Assembly (NCBI GenBank): GCA_046583355.1
Contig: JAYGCM010000073.1
Location: forward strand, 26,097-90,096
Origin: Deltaproteobacteria bacterium
GTDB lineage: Bacteria > Desulfobacterota > Binatia > UBA12015
Direction of reading: 5' to 3'
DNA: 64,000 bases
Part shown: positions 1 through 11,497 of the stretch, piece by piece
Layout: each line of letters starts with the position of its first letter
Position numbering within the stretch: position 1 is the stretch's first letter
Program-made: the position numbers and the translations under genes
Notes under the pieces: model-generated
What the model saw: only the letters and a program-made list of their open reading frames with translations
The model's database searches: none
Told to the model about the DNA's origin: nothing

Positions 1-524
1 AGCGTTGCGGCCATCATCAGGTTTTCGGTCGCGCCCACCGAGGGCACTTCCAAGCGAATCTCCGCTCCCTGCAGACGCTCACAACGCGCCTCGACATAGC
101 CCTCGGACATCGTGATCTCGGCACCCAAGGCGGCGAAACCGCGCAGGTGCTGATCGATCGGACGGCTGCCGATTGCGCAGCCACCCGGTGTCGCAACGCG
201 GGCATGGCCGAAGCGCGCCAACAGGGGCCCCATCGCCAGGAAGGAAGCGCGCATCGTTTTCACGAGGTCGTAATTCGCCTCGCATTCCTCGATCCGGGCC
301 GCAGCGACGGTGACGGTATCGCCCTCGACGCTTACCTCAGCACCGAGCTTTGCCAGCAGGCGCGCGGTCGTGCGGCAGTCAGCGACATCGGGAACGTTGG
401 TAACGCGCGAGACTTCGGGCGTGAGCAGCGTCGCAAAGAGAATCGGCAAGGCTGCGTTCTTCGCGCCACTGACCTGCACTTCGCCACACAGCCTTCTGCC
501 GCCACCAATGATGATCTCGTCCAT
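1..524 (-). CDS. murA: UDP-N-acetylglucosamine 1-carboxyvinyltransferase (5' part; runs off the window edge)
   Basis: Not in the ORF track. Manual translation from ATG 524 gives MDEIIIGGGRRLCGEVQVSGAKNAALPILFATLL, and later PGGCAIGSRPIDQHL (MurA active-site Cys loop). Lies downstream of prmC. Confidence 0.95.
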   Translation of the reverse strand, partial: MDEIIIGGGRRLCGEVQVSGAKNAALPILFATLLTPEVSRVTNVPDVADCRTTARLLAKLGAEVSVEGDTVTVAAARIEECEANYDLVKTMRASFLAMGPLLARFGHARVATPGGCAIGSRPIDQHLRGFAALGAEITMSEGYVEARCERLQGAEIRLEVPSVGATENLMMAAT

Positions 525-582
525 GCCGCTGCCCCGTTCCTCTCAACCTTGCCGCGAGATTCCTCGCGGACCGCAACCGGCG

Positions 583-1452
583 CTACGACCGCTCCGCCTT
601 GGGCGCCCTCGCCTGCAGCACACGATCGCGCCCGGCAAGATCCGGCAGCACCTCGACCGCGCCGAAGCCTTCCTCTTGAGCCACCCTTGCCGCCGCCTCA
701 CCCTGGGTTGCGCCGATCTCCACCAGCAGCCCCCCCTCCGGACAAAGCACCCGCCGCGCCGCGACTACCAAGTCCCGAAATACACCGAGACCGTCCAAAT
801 CGCCACCGAGCAGCGCCAGTTCCGGCTCGAAGGCCAGCTCTGGCGGTGCCGCGGCGAGTTCCGCGGCGGATAAATAGGGCGGATTCGAAACTACCAGGTC
901 CAGCGAGGCGTGCCGCACGGCCTCGAGCAGGCTGCCGCGGAAAAACCCGACCGCCGCGCCAGCCGGCAGCAAACGCGCCGCATTGCGGCGCGCCACGCCG
1001 AGCGCTGCGGCTGAAAGGTCCACCGCCAGCAGACGCAATCCCGTGACTTCCGCGCACTCCGTCGCCAGCGAGATCGCGATCGCGCCGCTGCCGGTGCCGA
1101 CATCGGCCACACGCCGCGCACCGGCGTCGATCTGTACAAGCGCGGCCTCGACCAGCAATTCCGTCTCCGGGCGCGGCGCCAGTACATCGGCATCAACCAC
1201 GAAGCTCAGCGAGCGGAACTCGCGGCATCCGAGCAGCAGCGAGACCGGCTCGCGGCGCAGGCGCCGGGCTACCAATTCCGCGAAGGCGGCGGCGTGTTGC
1301 GGCCCGAGCGCATCGGGCCGCCGGGCGATCACGCCGGCGCGGCCGCGGCCCATCACATGACCGAGCAGGACCTCGGCATCGAGCTCAGGCGAGTCACTAC
1401 CGGCCTCGCGCAAGCGTGCCGCCGCCACCGCGAGTGTCTCGCGGACGGTCAA
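583..1452 (-). CDS. prmC: Release factor glutamine methyltransferase (HemK/PrmC)
   Basis: [16 protein letters not shown] and VSNPPY motifs; ATGA overlap with prfA. Confidence 0.96.
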   Translation of the reverse strand: MTVRETLAVAAARLREAGSDSPELDAEVLLGHVMGRGRAGVIARRPDALGPQHAAAFAELVARRLRREPVSLLLGCREFRSLSFVVDADVLAPRPETELLVEAALVQIDAGARRVADVGTGSGAIAISLATECAEVTGLRLLAVDLSAAALGVARRNAARLLPAGAAVGFFRGSLLEAVRHASLDLVVSNPPYLSAAELAAAPPELAFEPELALLGGDLDGLGVFRDLVVAARRVLCPEGGLLVEIGATQGEAAARVAQEEGFGAVEVLPDLAGRDRVLQARAPKAERS

Positions 1453-2513
1453 TCGATCGACCTCAGAGCCTCCGCCTGAGCATGCGTGATCAGCGGCTCG
1501 ATCACCAGATCGGCCTCGCCCGCCATCACCCGATCCAGCGCATGCGTGGTCAGGCCGATGCGATGGTCGGTGACACGATTCTGCGGAAAATTATAGGTGC
1601 GGATGCGCTCGGAGCGGTCACCGCTGCCCACCATGGCCTTGCGGTCGGCCGCAACGAGGGCGTCTTGTTCGGCCTGAGCCTGCTCGAAGAGGCGAGCGCG
1701 CAGCACCTTCATCGCCTTGGCCTTGTTCTTGTGTTGCGATTTTTCGTCCTGACAGATCACGATCAGGCCGGTGGGCAGATGGGTGATGCGAATCGCCGAA
1801 TCCGTGGTGTTGACGCTCTGCCCGCCCGGGCCCGAGGCGCGAAAGACATCGATGCGCAGATCGATATCGGCAATATTGAGTTCGACCTCGTCGGCCTCAG
1901 GCAGCACGGCCACGGTAACGGCGGAGGTATGAATCCGCCCCTGTGTCTCGGTCTGCGGTACGCGCTGGACGCGGTGGACGCCGCCCTCGAATTTCAGCCG
2001 ACTAAAGGCGCCTGCGCCGTCAATCGAGGCGATGACTTCCTTGAAGCCGCCGATCCCCGTCGGGCTGGAGGCGAGGATATCGACCTTCCAGCCGCGCTCC
2101 TCGGCGTAGCGCGTGTACATGCGAAAGAGGTCGGAGGCGAAAAGCCCCGCCTCGTCGCCGCCCGTGCCAGCGCGGATCTCCAAGATGACGTTCTTTTCGT
2201 CGTTGGGGTCCTTGGGCAGCAAGAGGACCTTGAGACGCTGCTCGAGGTCTTCTTTTTTCGCGCGCAGAGCGGGAAGCTCCTCGCGCGCCATTTCCCGGAC
2301 CTCGGCGTCGTCCTCGCCCATGAGCTTGAGGAGGTCGTTCTCTTCGGCCACAAGTGCCGTCCACTCGCGGTAGACGGCTACGACATCTATGAGGTTCGCG
2401 TGCTCACGCGAGACGGCAACAAAGCGCGTGCGGTTGCCGATGACACCGGGATCCCCCAGCATTTCCTCGAGTTCGCCAAAGCGCCTCTCGACCTCCGCGA
2501 GTTTGTCGAGCAT
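1449..2513 (-). CDS. prfA: Peptide chain release factor 1
   Basis: GGQ motif ([13 protein letters not shown]) and RF1-specific PxT (VPQTE); [11 protein letters not shown]. Confidence 0.98.
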   Translation of the reverse strand: MLDKLAEVERRFGELEEMLGDPGVIGNRTRFVAVSREHANLIDVVAVYREWTALVAEENDLLKLMGEDDAEVREMAREELPALRAKKEDLEQRLKVLLLPKDPNDEKNVILEIRAGTGGDEAGLFASDLFRMYTRYAEERGWKVDILASSPTGIGGFKEVIASIDGAGAFSRLKFEGGVHRVQRVPQTETQGRIHTSAVTVAVLPEADEVELNIADIDLRIDVFRASGPGGQSVNTTDSAIRITHLPTGLIVICQDEKSQHKNKAKAMKVLRARLFEQAQAEQDALVAADRKAMVGSGDRSERIRTYNFPQNRVTDHRIGLTTHALDRVMAGEADLVIEPLITHAQAEALRSID

Positions 2514-2558
2514 CGTTCAGGCCAAGCAGTCGCGCGCACAAGCAGCTCGCGGAGCCGC

Positions 2559-2816
2559 TCAGGACTCCGCTTGCTCTTCTTGCTCTTCTTGCTCTTCGCC
2601 GACGAGCGCGATGCCCGGGCGCTTGCCGTAACGGCGCTGGAAGCGCTCTACGCGACCGGCGATGTCGATGATCTTCTGTTTGCCGGTGTAGAAGGGGTGG
2701 CACTCGGAGCAAAGCTCGACTTTAATTTCGGGTTCCGTAGAACGTGTCTCGAGCACGTGCCCGCAACTACAAACGATCTTGGACGCTCCGTACTTCGGAT
2801 GAATTTCCGCTTTCAT
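2559..2816 (-). CDS. rpmE: 50S ribosomal protein L31, zinc-binding type, with acidic tail
   Basis: [29 protein letters not shown]; rpmE-prfA-prmC synteny. Confidence 0.97.
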   Translation of the reverse strand: MKAEIHPKYGASKIVCSCGHVLETRSTEPEIKVELCSECHPFYTGKQKIIDIAGRVERFQRRYGKRPGIALVGEEQEEQEEQAES

Positions 2817-2987
2817 GACTCCCCATGCTTAGCAACCGACCCGGCCCGGCGAAAGGGCGTTCCTCCACCTTGTCGATGTCTTTCCGAGGAACCAGCCGCC
2901 GCAAGGGCAACCGTGCGAATTGGCTCCGGAAGGGCCGCAAAAAAGGGCGCCCCACCCTACCCGCAGCCGCGCGACCACAGGCCGGCT

Positions 2988-4193
2988 TCAGCGGAGGCGC
3001 GTGAGCAGGTGGCGTAGATTGCGGAAGAGCGGACTCGCCAGAGGGCCCAGCAGCCGCGCCACGAGGCGGCCGCCCGTCCCGAGCGGCTGCGTATTGCTCG
3101 CCGAGGCAAAGTCGTTGATGCCAAGCTCCTGCCGGATTCCTTCGGTCATCATCTGCATCGGCGGGTCAAGCGGGATGCCGGTGCCGTCGGCGATACGCAC
3201 CATGCGCTGGAAATTGGCGATCACACCGGCGGCATCTACTGTGGCCGCATCACCCAACTCCGCGCGTACGCGGTCGCGGGCCACTGCAATGGCCCCGCTT
3301 TCGGCCGCAACCACGGCGTCAGCAAAGGCAATCAGGGCCTCCCCGCCAGGCAAACCAACACTCTCGACCTCGCCGGTCAGCGCTCCCAGATCCACCTTCT
3401 GCCCCTGATGATCGATGCTCGCACGGAGCATCATTGCGTGCGAAGACGTTCAATAGAAGCAGTCGTTCTTCGCCGACACCCTCCCCGCTACCAATTCGAT
3501 CTGCGAGCGATCGATCGCTCGGCCGTGGTCAGCGGCGACATCAGGGACCATCAGCATCGGGACGTAATGCACGGCGCTCAGCGCCTTGAGGTCGCGCACG
3601 GCATCGGGTGCCAGGCTCATCGCCGTGATCACATTCGGCACGAAACTACTCACGTAGAGATCGGCTTCGGCGCCCTTGGCCGCATCGCCCGGAATGCGCG
3701 GTACGAAAGCCTCGCCCGGCCGCGCGCTCACAGGCCGGTAGCCACTCGGCTCGCCACCGGTGGGCACCGGCAGCGGCTCCAGCGCCAAGCCCATGGCGTA
3801 GTGAAAATTGTCGATACTGAAGGCCGCGACCACGACACCGAGAAGTTCCACATAGGCCAGGTCGGAGACGCCCTGCCCGGCCAGACTCTCAAGGTACTCG
3901 CGCGTGAGGCGCGCCGGGTCTGTAATGATCCGATGCACGGCGTCGACCGCCGGTGCCGGAAGCGTTCCATTGACCGCGTGCTCATCCGAGCCCGCATAGG
4001 GCGAAAGCGCGGCCTTGCGGCTGCGGCAGAGTTCGCAGCCGACCGCGCGGCGCGATTCCTCTACAATGGCGACACGCTGGGCGCCGCTCCAGGCAGCACC
4101 GGGCGCGGCGAGGCGCTGCCAGATACGCGCATGTTCCTGCGCGAGGTCGTCACGGACCCGGATCTCGGAGTCGCCATAATCGAAAGCAGCCAT
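2988..4193 (-). CDS. AhpD/carboxymuconolactone decarboxylase-like redox protein, predicted selenoprotein (UGA at 3452-3450 read as Sec; 401 aa)
   Basis: ORFs 3450-4193 and 2988-3434 are in the same frame, separated by TGA plus 5 sense codons: ..RVSAKNDCFY-TGA-TSSHAMMLRAS... This is an AhpD CxxC..H motif with U as the second C. A hairpin follows. Confidence 0.8.
3414..3452 (-). promoter_or_regulatory. Candidate bacterial SECIS element
   Basis: After the UGA: stem GATGCTC/GAGCATC (7 bp) with loop CGTGC starting 24 nt downstream and GU at loop positions 2-3, consistent with the bacterial SECIS model. Confidence 0.65.
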
Positions 4194-4256
4194 CGGACGA
4201 CCTTTCCGGAGCCGGCAGACGGAGTCAAAACGAATGCCCGGCGGCGCCCCAGTCCC

Positions 4257-5732
<1,476 letters not shown>

Positions 5733-5794
5733 GGGACTCCTTCCCTGCTCCGGCCAGAATGCGCAAGCGTGGGCCGGACCTCATAGGATCGGGG

Positions 5795-6541
5795 TCAGCC
5801 GACGGCGAGCCGTGCAACCAGGCCCGCCGCGCCCAGCGTGATGGCGTCGGCGATCAACGCGCCCGCACCCAGCGAAACCGAACTCACGCCGCCACGGCGC
5901 GCATGGATGAAGATCCGCAGGACGATCGTCAGGCTCGCGACTGCAAAGAGCATCAGCGTGCCGAGCGCATTGAGGAAGATCAGCCCGATCACCATGGCGC
6001 TCGTACTCGCGGCCGCGAATTGCGTGAATTGCATCTCCTTGACGAAGACCGCGGCAAACCCGCCCGCGCGCGCCGGCAAGGAACCGTAGCCCTGCACCAC
6101 ATAGCCCCAGCGCCCCAGCATCGGCGTAAGCACCAGAGCAATCGCGCGAAAATTACCTTCCAGCCCGAGCAGCGCCCACCATTCGACGCCGAGAAGCGCC
6201 AGCAGAAGCAACCCGCCAACCAGCCCGCCGCCGCAGAACATGACGAAGTCGCGGACGAAGCGCCCGCCCGAAAGCAAGCAAAGAAGGAACACACCGAGAA
6301 AGGCCTGCAGAGCAGCGGGAGCGTCGGGAAAGAGTTCCAGCCCGGCCGAGACCAGCGACCCGAGGGCCGCTCCGAAGAGCGGGAAGAAGAGCGCGCCACG
6401 CGCCACCGCGCCGCGCTCGGCCACCGCACGGCGGCCCAGCAGGAAAAGCAGAGCCGCAAACCCGTCGCGGCCGAGCCCCAGGCCCAGGCTCAGCGCGCGC
6501 GCGCGCAGGGAAACCCGCGCTTCTGCGTCGTTTTCTTCCAT
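5795..6541 (-). CDS. CobS-like (cobalamin synthase family) membrane protein, divergent
   Basis: Multi-TM; FFPLFGAALG, RWG, ARAGGFAAVF and RRGGVS..SLGA resemble CobS, but the GGLHLDG/DG acidic motifs are replaced. Start taken at ATG 6541. Confidence 0.55.
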   Translation of the reverse strand: MEENDAEARVSLRARALSLGLGLGRDGFAALLFLLGRRAVAERGAVARGALFFPLFGAALGSLVSAGLELFPDAPAALQAFLGVFLLCLLSGGRFVRDFVMFCGGGLVGGLLLLALLGVEWWALLGLEGNFRAIALVLTPMLGRWGYVVQGYGSLPARAGGFAAVFVKEMQFTQFAAASTSAMVIGLIFLNALGTLMLFAVASLTIVLRIFIHARRGGVSSVSLGAGALIADAITLGAAGLVARLAVG

Positions 6542-6807
6542 GATCGGATCTGCCACCGCAGGGAAGCTCTCGCGATTCGCAGCCCAGCCTGCAACCTCGG
6601 AGGCCAGAGCCCTGCAAACAGACCTCCTCCGGCCCGATATCAGGAAGGGGATATCTTCCGTGCTCCGCACAACACGGGAAATCCGGCGTGGCCTGAAGGT
6701 GCGGGCGAAAAGCAGGGCCTCTGGAATGCGCGGGAGGAGATATTATGGATATCCTGAGTTTCCACGGTCGTCTTCGCCGAGATCGCAAACCGGAAAAGGG
6801 ACCTCGT

Positions 6808-7923
6808 ATGAAAACCTCTCATTGGACAATCGCTGCCTGGATCCGAATCGCCATCTTCTCTCTGCTCACAGCAATCGCGCTGCCCGCACCCATCGGGAAC
6901 GCCGCCGCCGCTCCCTTCGCGGGCGCCCTGAGCATCAGCCCGATTCCGGGCTCGGACCCACTAGTGAGCTATTTCGCCAAACGCGTCGTGGTCTTCGGCG
7001 TCGACATCGTCGCCACCGGCACGGTTGCGGATGCGAAGCTCCTGCATGCGGCCAATATCATGGCCAAATATCTCGACGGCAACGAAGATGGCGTGGCTGA
7101 CAACGCAGCCGTCGCGGATGCGATGGTCGCCAACCAGGCCCTCCTCGTCATGTTCCGCAATTCGAGCCAACTCGACGCCTCGGACTTCTGGGACTCGTCG
7201 CAGGCCCAGTTCGCGCAGGACCTCCAGGCCAATGAGACCAACCCCGCCGGCGGCTTCGATGCGAGTCTCGAAGAGGTGCTGCATCTGATCCAGACAGCCG
7301 GCTACTCGCCGGTCTATGCCGCCCTCCAAACCAGCAACGGCAGCGCTCTCAGCGACGCCATGGACCTCGCCCGCGGCGGCCATTTCAACAACGTCCCCAA
7401 CCAATACCCCGCCAGCGCCTGGTATCATTACGATGACTCCACCTGCGATTATGAATGTCAGGGCAGCGAGTATTTCTATTGGGGTCTGACCACCTGGCTG
7501 GGCGCGCAATCCGGGCGCTGCGACGACATCATCGACGAGTGGGAGCCGTGCACGCCGGCCGCTCTGGCCGCACAAGACCCTGCGCTTTACGCGATCCTGA
7601 CCAACCCGAGCTACGGACTCCCGACGGCTCTCCCCGACGGCTCCTACTTCGCGGTCGCCGGTGCCATCTGTGGTGACGGTATCACCGAGGGCAGCGAGCA
7701 ATGCGACGCCGGCGAGGCGGCTGGCAACAAGGGAAGAAGCTGCTGCACCGAAGACTGCCAATACAAGCCCGACGGCGCGGCCAGTTGCGACAATAACCTG
7801 TGTACGATCGATACCTGCACCGCGGGCGTCTGCAGCACCGGCGCCTGCCGCGACGCCCAGGCCTGCTCGGTCTGCGGCGGCACCTGCTCCGCGGCCGGTG
7901 GCGACTGCGCCTGCGTCTTTTGA
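6808..7923 (+). CDS. Secreted protein: metallopeptidase-like domain plus C-terminal Cys-rich repeat
   Basis: Signal peptide; LEEVLHLI and CDYECQGSEYFYWGLT segments; CGDGITEGSEQCD myxobacterial-type Cys-rich tail. Confidence 0.7.
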   Translation: MKTSHWTIAAWIRIAIFSLLTAIALPAPIGNAAAAPFAGALSISPIPGSDPLVSYFAKRVVVFGVDIVATGTVADAKLLHAANIMAKYLDGNEDGVADNAAVADAMVANQALLVMFRNSSQLDASDFWDSSQAQFAQDLQANETNPAGGFDASLEEVLHLIQTAGYSPVYAALQTSNGSALSDAMDLARGGHFNNVPNQYPASAWYHYDDSTCDYECQGSEYFYWGLTTWLGAQSGRCDDIIDEWEPCTPAALAAQDPALYAILTNPSYGLPTALPDGSYFAVAGAICGDGITEGSEQCDAGEAAGNKGRSCCTEDCQYKPDGAASCDNNLCTIDTCTAGVCSTGACRDAQACSVCGGTCSAAGGDCACVF

Positions 7924-8037
7924 GTCCCGCCTTGCAGGGCTGGCTGAACCTCACAAGCCCGCCTCCTCGACCCCGGCAGCTACCTGTGACAGGTTCGCTA
8001 CGCCCGGCCTTACAGCGGGCCTTCAAGGGGGTGTGAA

Positions 8038-8439
8038 ATGACAACCGATCTTTATATGCTGGCGTACTCAGGCCTGCTCGCCATGCTGATCCCGGTGATT
8101 GCGATTGCCGGGCGCTTTCAGGCGGACCCGAAACTGAAATGGGGGCTGGGCAACCGCGAGACGGAATTGGCCGGCCAACCCGCATGGGCAGAGCGCACCG
8201 CACGGGCACACCGCAACCTGCTCGAGAACCTGCCGGTTTTTGCCATCTTCGTTCTCACCGCCCAGGTGGCCGGCCTCGCCAATGAGACGACGGCGCTGGG
8301 AGCGACGCTCTTTTTCTACGGGCGCATCGCCCACGTCATCACCTATATCGCGGGACTTGTGCCGTGGCGCACCCTGGCCTTCGCCGTCGCTGTGACGGGC
8401 GAGTTGATCATCCTGAGCGAAATCCTCGGCGGGCGCTGA
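8038..8439 (+). CDS. MAPEG family membrane protein
   Basis: RTARAHRNLLENLPVF and FFYGRIAH motifs; 4 TM segments. Confidence 0.9.
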   Translation: MTTDLYMLAYSGLLAMLIPVIAIAGRFQADPKLKWGLGNRETELAGQPAWAERTARAHRNLLENLPVFAIFVLTAQVAGLANETTALGATLFFYGRIAHVITYIAGLVPWRTLAFAVAVTGELIILSEILGGR

Positions 8440-8512
8440 CGGCCTGCCTTGGCGCTGGCTTCGCGCCAGCAGCTCGTTATAGCTCGGCAACGCAGGGAGC
8501 GGGGAGAAGAGG

Positions 8513-9850
8513 ATGGCAGCAGAGAAACAAGGCGGCCGCGGAGCCTTTGGCAGTGACCTCGGCTTCGTGCTGGCGGCCACCGGCAGCGCGGTCGGACTCG
8601 GGAATATCTGGAAGTTCCCGTATATCACCGGCGAATATGGTGGCGGTGCGTTCGTGCTTGTCTACCTGGGCTGCATTGCGCTGGTCGGCTTGCCGCTGCT
8701 CTACGCAGAGATGATCATCGGCCGGCGCGGCGGCCGTGACGTGCTCGGTAGCATGCGCCGCCTCACGGCAGACGCCGGCCTGACCGGCCAGGTGGTCAGC
8801 GTCGCCACCGGCACCCTTGCGGTCGCCTCGGGTTTCTTCATCCTCTCCTATTATTCGGTGGTGGCCGGGTGGGCGCTACATTTCCTTGCCATCGCCCTGG
8901 GTCTGGCCACTGCTGACCCCGCCGGCGCCGAAGCCACCTTCAACGGACTGGCCGGCAACGCGATGCTCTCCGGTTTCTGGCATAGCGTCTTCATGGTGCT
9001 GGTCGTGGCGGTCGTGGCCGGCGGCGTAAAAGGCGGAATCGAGCGCGCCTGCAAGGTTCTCATGCCCACGCTCATGGTGCTTCTGCTGGCGCTGCTCGTC
9101 TATGTCGCGTTCACGGGCGGGCTCGCCACCTCGGCGGCTTTTCTCTTCCGTCCGGATTTCTCGAAAATCACCGGTGAGGCAATCCTCGAAGCGCTCGGTC
9201 ATGCCTTCTTCACCCTCTCGCTGGGTATGGGCGCGATGGTCACCTACGGCTCCTACCTCGACTCGGACAAACACGTAATCCGTGACGGCTTCTCGGTTGC
9301 CTTCCTCGACACCGCAATCGCTTTGGTCTCGGGCCTGGTCATCTTCGCCGTGGTCTTCTCGATGGGCGCCACGCCGGGTGCCGGGCCGGGACTGGTCTTC
9401 ATCACCCTGCCCGACCTCTTCGCCGGCATCCCCGGCGGCGCCTTGGTGGCGATCGCCTTCTTCGCATTGCTGGTGCTGGCGGCCTGGTCCTCGGGGATTT
9501 CCTTGCTTGAGGTGGTGGTCGCACTGGCGGTCGACCGCTTCGGTATCGAGCGCCACAAGGCCGCCATCGGCATCGGCCTCGCGATCTGGGCTCTGGGCCT
9601 GCCCTCGGCAATGGACGGCGCGTGGCTCGATTTCATGGACAACCTCACGACCCGCTATATGCTGCCGATCGGTGGATTGCTGATCTCGATTGCCGCCGGC
9701 TGGCTGGTCGGCCGGGCCGACCGCGAAGCGGGCTTCGACGCGCTCGCCGGCGGTGGGCGCAGGCTCGCCCGCGCCTGGACCTTCGCGATCCGCTGGATCA
9801 CGCCTGCAATGGTCGCCCTGGTCATTCTGCATGGCCTCGGGTTTTTCTAG
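8513..9850 (+). CDS. Sodium-dependent transporter, NSS/SNF (LeuT-like) family
   Basis: GSAVGLGNIWKFPY, GGGAF, AFFTLSLGMG and GPGLVF signatures. Confidence 0.95.
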   Translation: MAAEKQGGRGAFGSDLGFVLAATGSAVGLGNIWKFPYITGEYGGGAFVLVYLGCIALVGLPLLYAEMIIGRRGGRDVLGSMRRLTADAGLTGQVVSVATGTLAVASGFFILSYYSVVAGWALHFLAIALGLATADPAGAEATFNGLAGNAMLSGFWHSVFMVLVVAVVAGGVKGGIERACKVLMPTLMVLLLALLVYVAFTGGLATSAAFLFRPDFSKITGEAILEALGHAFFTLSLGMGAMVTYGSYLDSDKHVIRDGFSVAFLDTAIALVSGLVIFAVVFSMGATPGAGPGLVFITLPDLFAGIPGGALVAIAFFALLVLAAWSSGISLLEVVVALAVDRFGIERHKAAIGIGLAIWALGLPSAMDGAWLDFMDNLTTRYMLPIGGLLISIAAGWLVGRADREAGFDALAGGGRRLARAWTFAIRWITPAMVALVILHGLGFF

Positions 9851-9915
9851 AAGCCGCGCAAGCGGAGTGAGCGGCCTGATGTGCAGTTTGCGCTCGAATA
9901 AAATAGGATGGGGCC

Positions 9916-10635
9916 ATGCACGTTGACGAGAAACTGCAAGCCAGAATCGATGAGGTCGGCCAGACTCTGGCCCGCGGACTGGGGAAGAACCTCGCCTGCC
10001 TGGCCGTATACGGCAGCGCCGCCGGTGAGGAGTTCTCGCCCGAGCACTCCGATGTAAACCTCCTGATCGTCCTTGAGGATGTGCATTTCGCCGACCTCGA
10101 GCTGATCGGCGAGACGCTCGCGCGCGAGGCCACCAGCGGACTCCGCCTGGCCACGCCGCTGGTGATCGCCCCTTCGTTCCTGCGCGATGCGCGCGACTCC
10201 TTCCCCATGGAGCTGGCCGATATTGCGCGCCGCCACCGCTTGCTTGCGGGCGAGGATATTCTCTCCGACATCCATGTGCAGAAAGACCGGCTGCGTGAGC
10301 AGGCCGAGCGCGAGGCGCGCAGCAAATTGCTGCGCCTGCGCGCGCTCATCCTGCACCGCCCCGAGGCCGCCGAGGTCCGCGAGGGCCTGATCGGCCTGGT
10401 GTCGAGCTTCACTGTGATCGAACGCGCGCTGCTCGGCGACGATGCCACCGGCGAGGCGCTCTTCGTCCACGTCGAGCGCGCCCAGGGGCTGCGCCTGCAC
10501 ACACTCGAGCGTATCTGCCGCATTCGCGAGGGCGCGGAGAGCTGGCCGGGCGACGCCGACCTGCGCGAACTCCTCATCGCCGCGGCCGGCGAAGTCGAAG
10601 CCCTGGTGCGATGGGTGGATCAACATGCGGGCTGA
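9916..10635 (+). CDS. Nucleotidyltransferase-fold protein associated with the TPM/LemA cluster
   Basis: VYGSAA..SDVNLLIVL and DSFPME motifs; upstream of TPM and lemA. Confidence 0.75.
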   Translation: MHVDEKLQARIDEVGQTLARGLGKNLACLAVYGSAAGEEFSPEHSDVNLLIVLEDVHFADLELIGETLAREATSGLRLATPLVIAPSFLRDARDSFPMELADIARRHRLLAGEDILSDIHVQKDRLREQAEREARSKLLRLRALILHRPEAAEVREGLIGLVSSFTVIERALLGDDATGEALFVHVERAQGLRLHTLERICRIREGAESWPGDADLRELLIAAAGEVEALVRWVDQHAG

Positions 10636-11452
10636 GCGTCTGCGGCCGGCCCTTTTCAGCCTGCTGCTTCTCGCAGCCCTTGCGAGCGCGCCCCTTGCGA
10701 GCGCGGCCACCGATATCCCCGGCCTGCCCCGGCCCACCGGCTTCGTCACCGATACCGCCGGCATCATCCCGGCCGATGTGCGTAAAAAAATTGAAGCTCT
10801 CGATACCGAATTGCGACAAAAGACCGGCGCCGAGATCGCCGTCATCACCGTGCGGACCACCGGCGAGGACGATATTTTCGATTATGCCATGGCAATCTCC
10901 GAGGCATGGCAGCCCGGCACCAAAGGCAAGGACAACGGCGTCGTCTTCCTGATCTCGGTGGACGATCGCAAGATGCAGATCCTCACCGGCTACGGCGTCG
11001 AAGGCGCCCTGCCCGACGGCCTGATCGGTGAGATCCGCGACCGCATTGTACGGCCGGCCTTCCGTGCCGGCGATTTCGGTGGCGGTATTCTAGAGGCGAC
11101 GGTGGTGATGGCGCAGCGTATCGCGGCCGACTCCGGCGTCACCTTGACCGGCGTGCCCGAGATCCGCCGGCGCCGCGCGCGGCGCGGGGGTGCTCGTTCG
11201 CTCTTTCCGCTGATCCTGATGGCCGCCTTCATGATCATGCGCATGGTCGAGTCGCGCCGTGGCGGCCGTGGCGGGCGGCGCCGCGGTGGTGCCGGCTCGG
11301 CCCTGCTCCTGGGCGGTTTGCTCGGCCATAGCCTCGGACGACGCCACTCGGGCTACGGCTCTTTCGGGGGCGGCTTCGGCGGTGGCGGGGGTGGCTTTGG
11401 TGGCTTCGGCGGTGGCGGTTTTGGCGGCGGCGGTGCCGGCGGCGGCTGGTAG
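10625..11452 (+). CDS. TPM-domain (YgcG/DUF477) protein with Gly-rich tail
   Basis: Signal peptide, FVTDTAG, GKDNGV..TGYGVEGALPD and GGFGGGGAGGGW ending; start overlaps the upstream gene. Confidence 0.92.
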   Translation: MRAERLRPALFSLLLLAALASAPLASAATDIPGLPRPTGFVTDTAGIIPADVRKKIEALDTELRQKTGAEIAVITVRTTGEDDIFDYAMAISEAWQPGTKGKDNGVVFLISVDDRKMQILTGYGVEGALPDGLIGEIRDRIVRPAFRAGDFGGGILEATVVMAQRIAADSGVTLTGVPEIRRRRARRGGARSLFPLILMAAFMIMRMVESRRGGRGGRRRGGAGSALLLGGLLGHSLGRRHSGYGSFGGGFGGGGGGFGGFGGGGFGGGGAGGGW

Positions 11453-11497
11453 CCTCGGGCTCGTATTGGGATCCGCAACAGGAAAGAAGAGAGAATC

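Noticed and set aside
1449..2513. Programmed frameshift in the release factor gene
   Set aside because: This is RF1 (PxT motif) with a continuous ORF; the frameshift is a prfB feature.
2571..2597. 9-bp tandem repeat at the rpmE 3' end
   Set aside because: An in-frame low-complexity EEQ tail with no sign of a separate function.
11355..11452. GGC-rich repeats
   Set aside because: The normal Gly-rich tail of TPM-domain proteins.
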